A stretch of 64,000 nucleotides of DNA from Octopus sinensis (lineage: Eukaryota): NCBI RefSeq assembly GCF_006345805.1, contig NC_043004.1:50096001-50160000 (forward strand), in the 5' to 3' direction. Every line of letters begins with the position of its first letter. Positions within the stretch are counted from its first letter, which is position 1. A program made the translations under genes and the position numbers. Below the pieces are notes generated by a model. That model saw only the letters and a list, made by a program, of their open reading frames with translations, was not told the DNA's origin and searched no databases. Of the stretch, positions 63,579 to 64,000 are shown piece after piece.

Positions 63579-64000
63579 ATATCGATAATAATGAACGCGA
63601 AATTCTAGTTGTATGGGACCTCGGTATCTCAGTCAACATTTGCTCTACATAGACATATTTTACCTTTTGGACAGGATGATTCCGGGACTGAAAATCTGCC
63701 CTTCGTTTGGTTATTGAACACCCAGCATTGGGATCTGATTTAAAACCATTTGGATTACTATTTCTGGCAGATAAAGCTTGATTAATTAACGCCATCTTGG
63801 GTGACGTTTGTCAGATGACGTCAGAGTTCAAGGGGGAGATAAATTACATTCGGTTCGTTAGTTTTCGTCGAGATAAGAACTTTTGGACAAATTGGTCAAC
63901 AGCTGGAATGCAAATTGGGACTGGAACAATGGAATGATTGCATTACAGAATTGATTCTCATTCGTCTTTAACCTCTGATGAAGCACCCCCGAGGTATATA

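Overview
AT-rich, repeat-saturated metazoan DNA. The tRNA-derived SINE families and microsatellite load look like an octopus/cephalopod genome (inference, not searched). No host gene can be firmly called, and almost all ORFs in the supplied track are microsatellite translations. Recognisable content: several SINE families; a near full-length but frameshifted Penelope-like element (RT + Cys linker + GIY-YIG, ~460-bp direct pLTRs, 38634-43570); a full-length decayed mariner; a decayed hAT (Buster/Charlie-type) transposase; Tc1/mariner deletion derivatives; two non-autonomous Helitrons; Tx1/L1-type and R4/Dong-type LINE fragments; and an 18S rRNA fragment captured inside a SINE. The most interesting signal is non-coding. 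A 3.2-copy tandem array of a ~424-nt unit (60193-61560) carries one canonical type I hammerhead ribozyme per unit with a palindromic (dimer-type) stem III, i.e. a retrozyme-like element predicted to yield self-cleaved or circular monomers. At least six further hammerhead or hammerhead-variant motif types lie in short, often fold-back elements, nearly all next to (TA)n microsatellites, as is the Penelope element itself. All folds were done by eye, and boundaries of diverged repeats are approximate.
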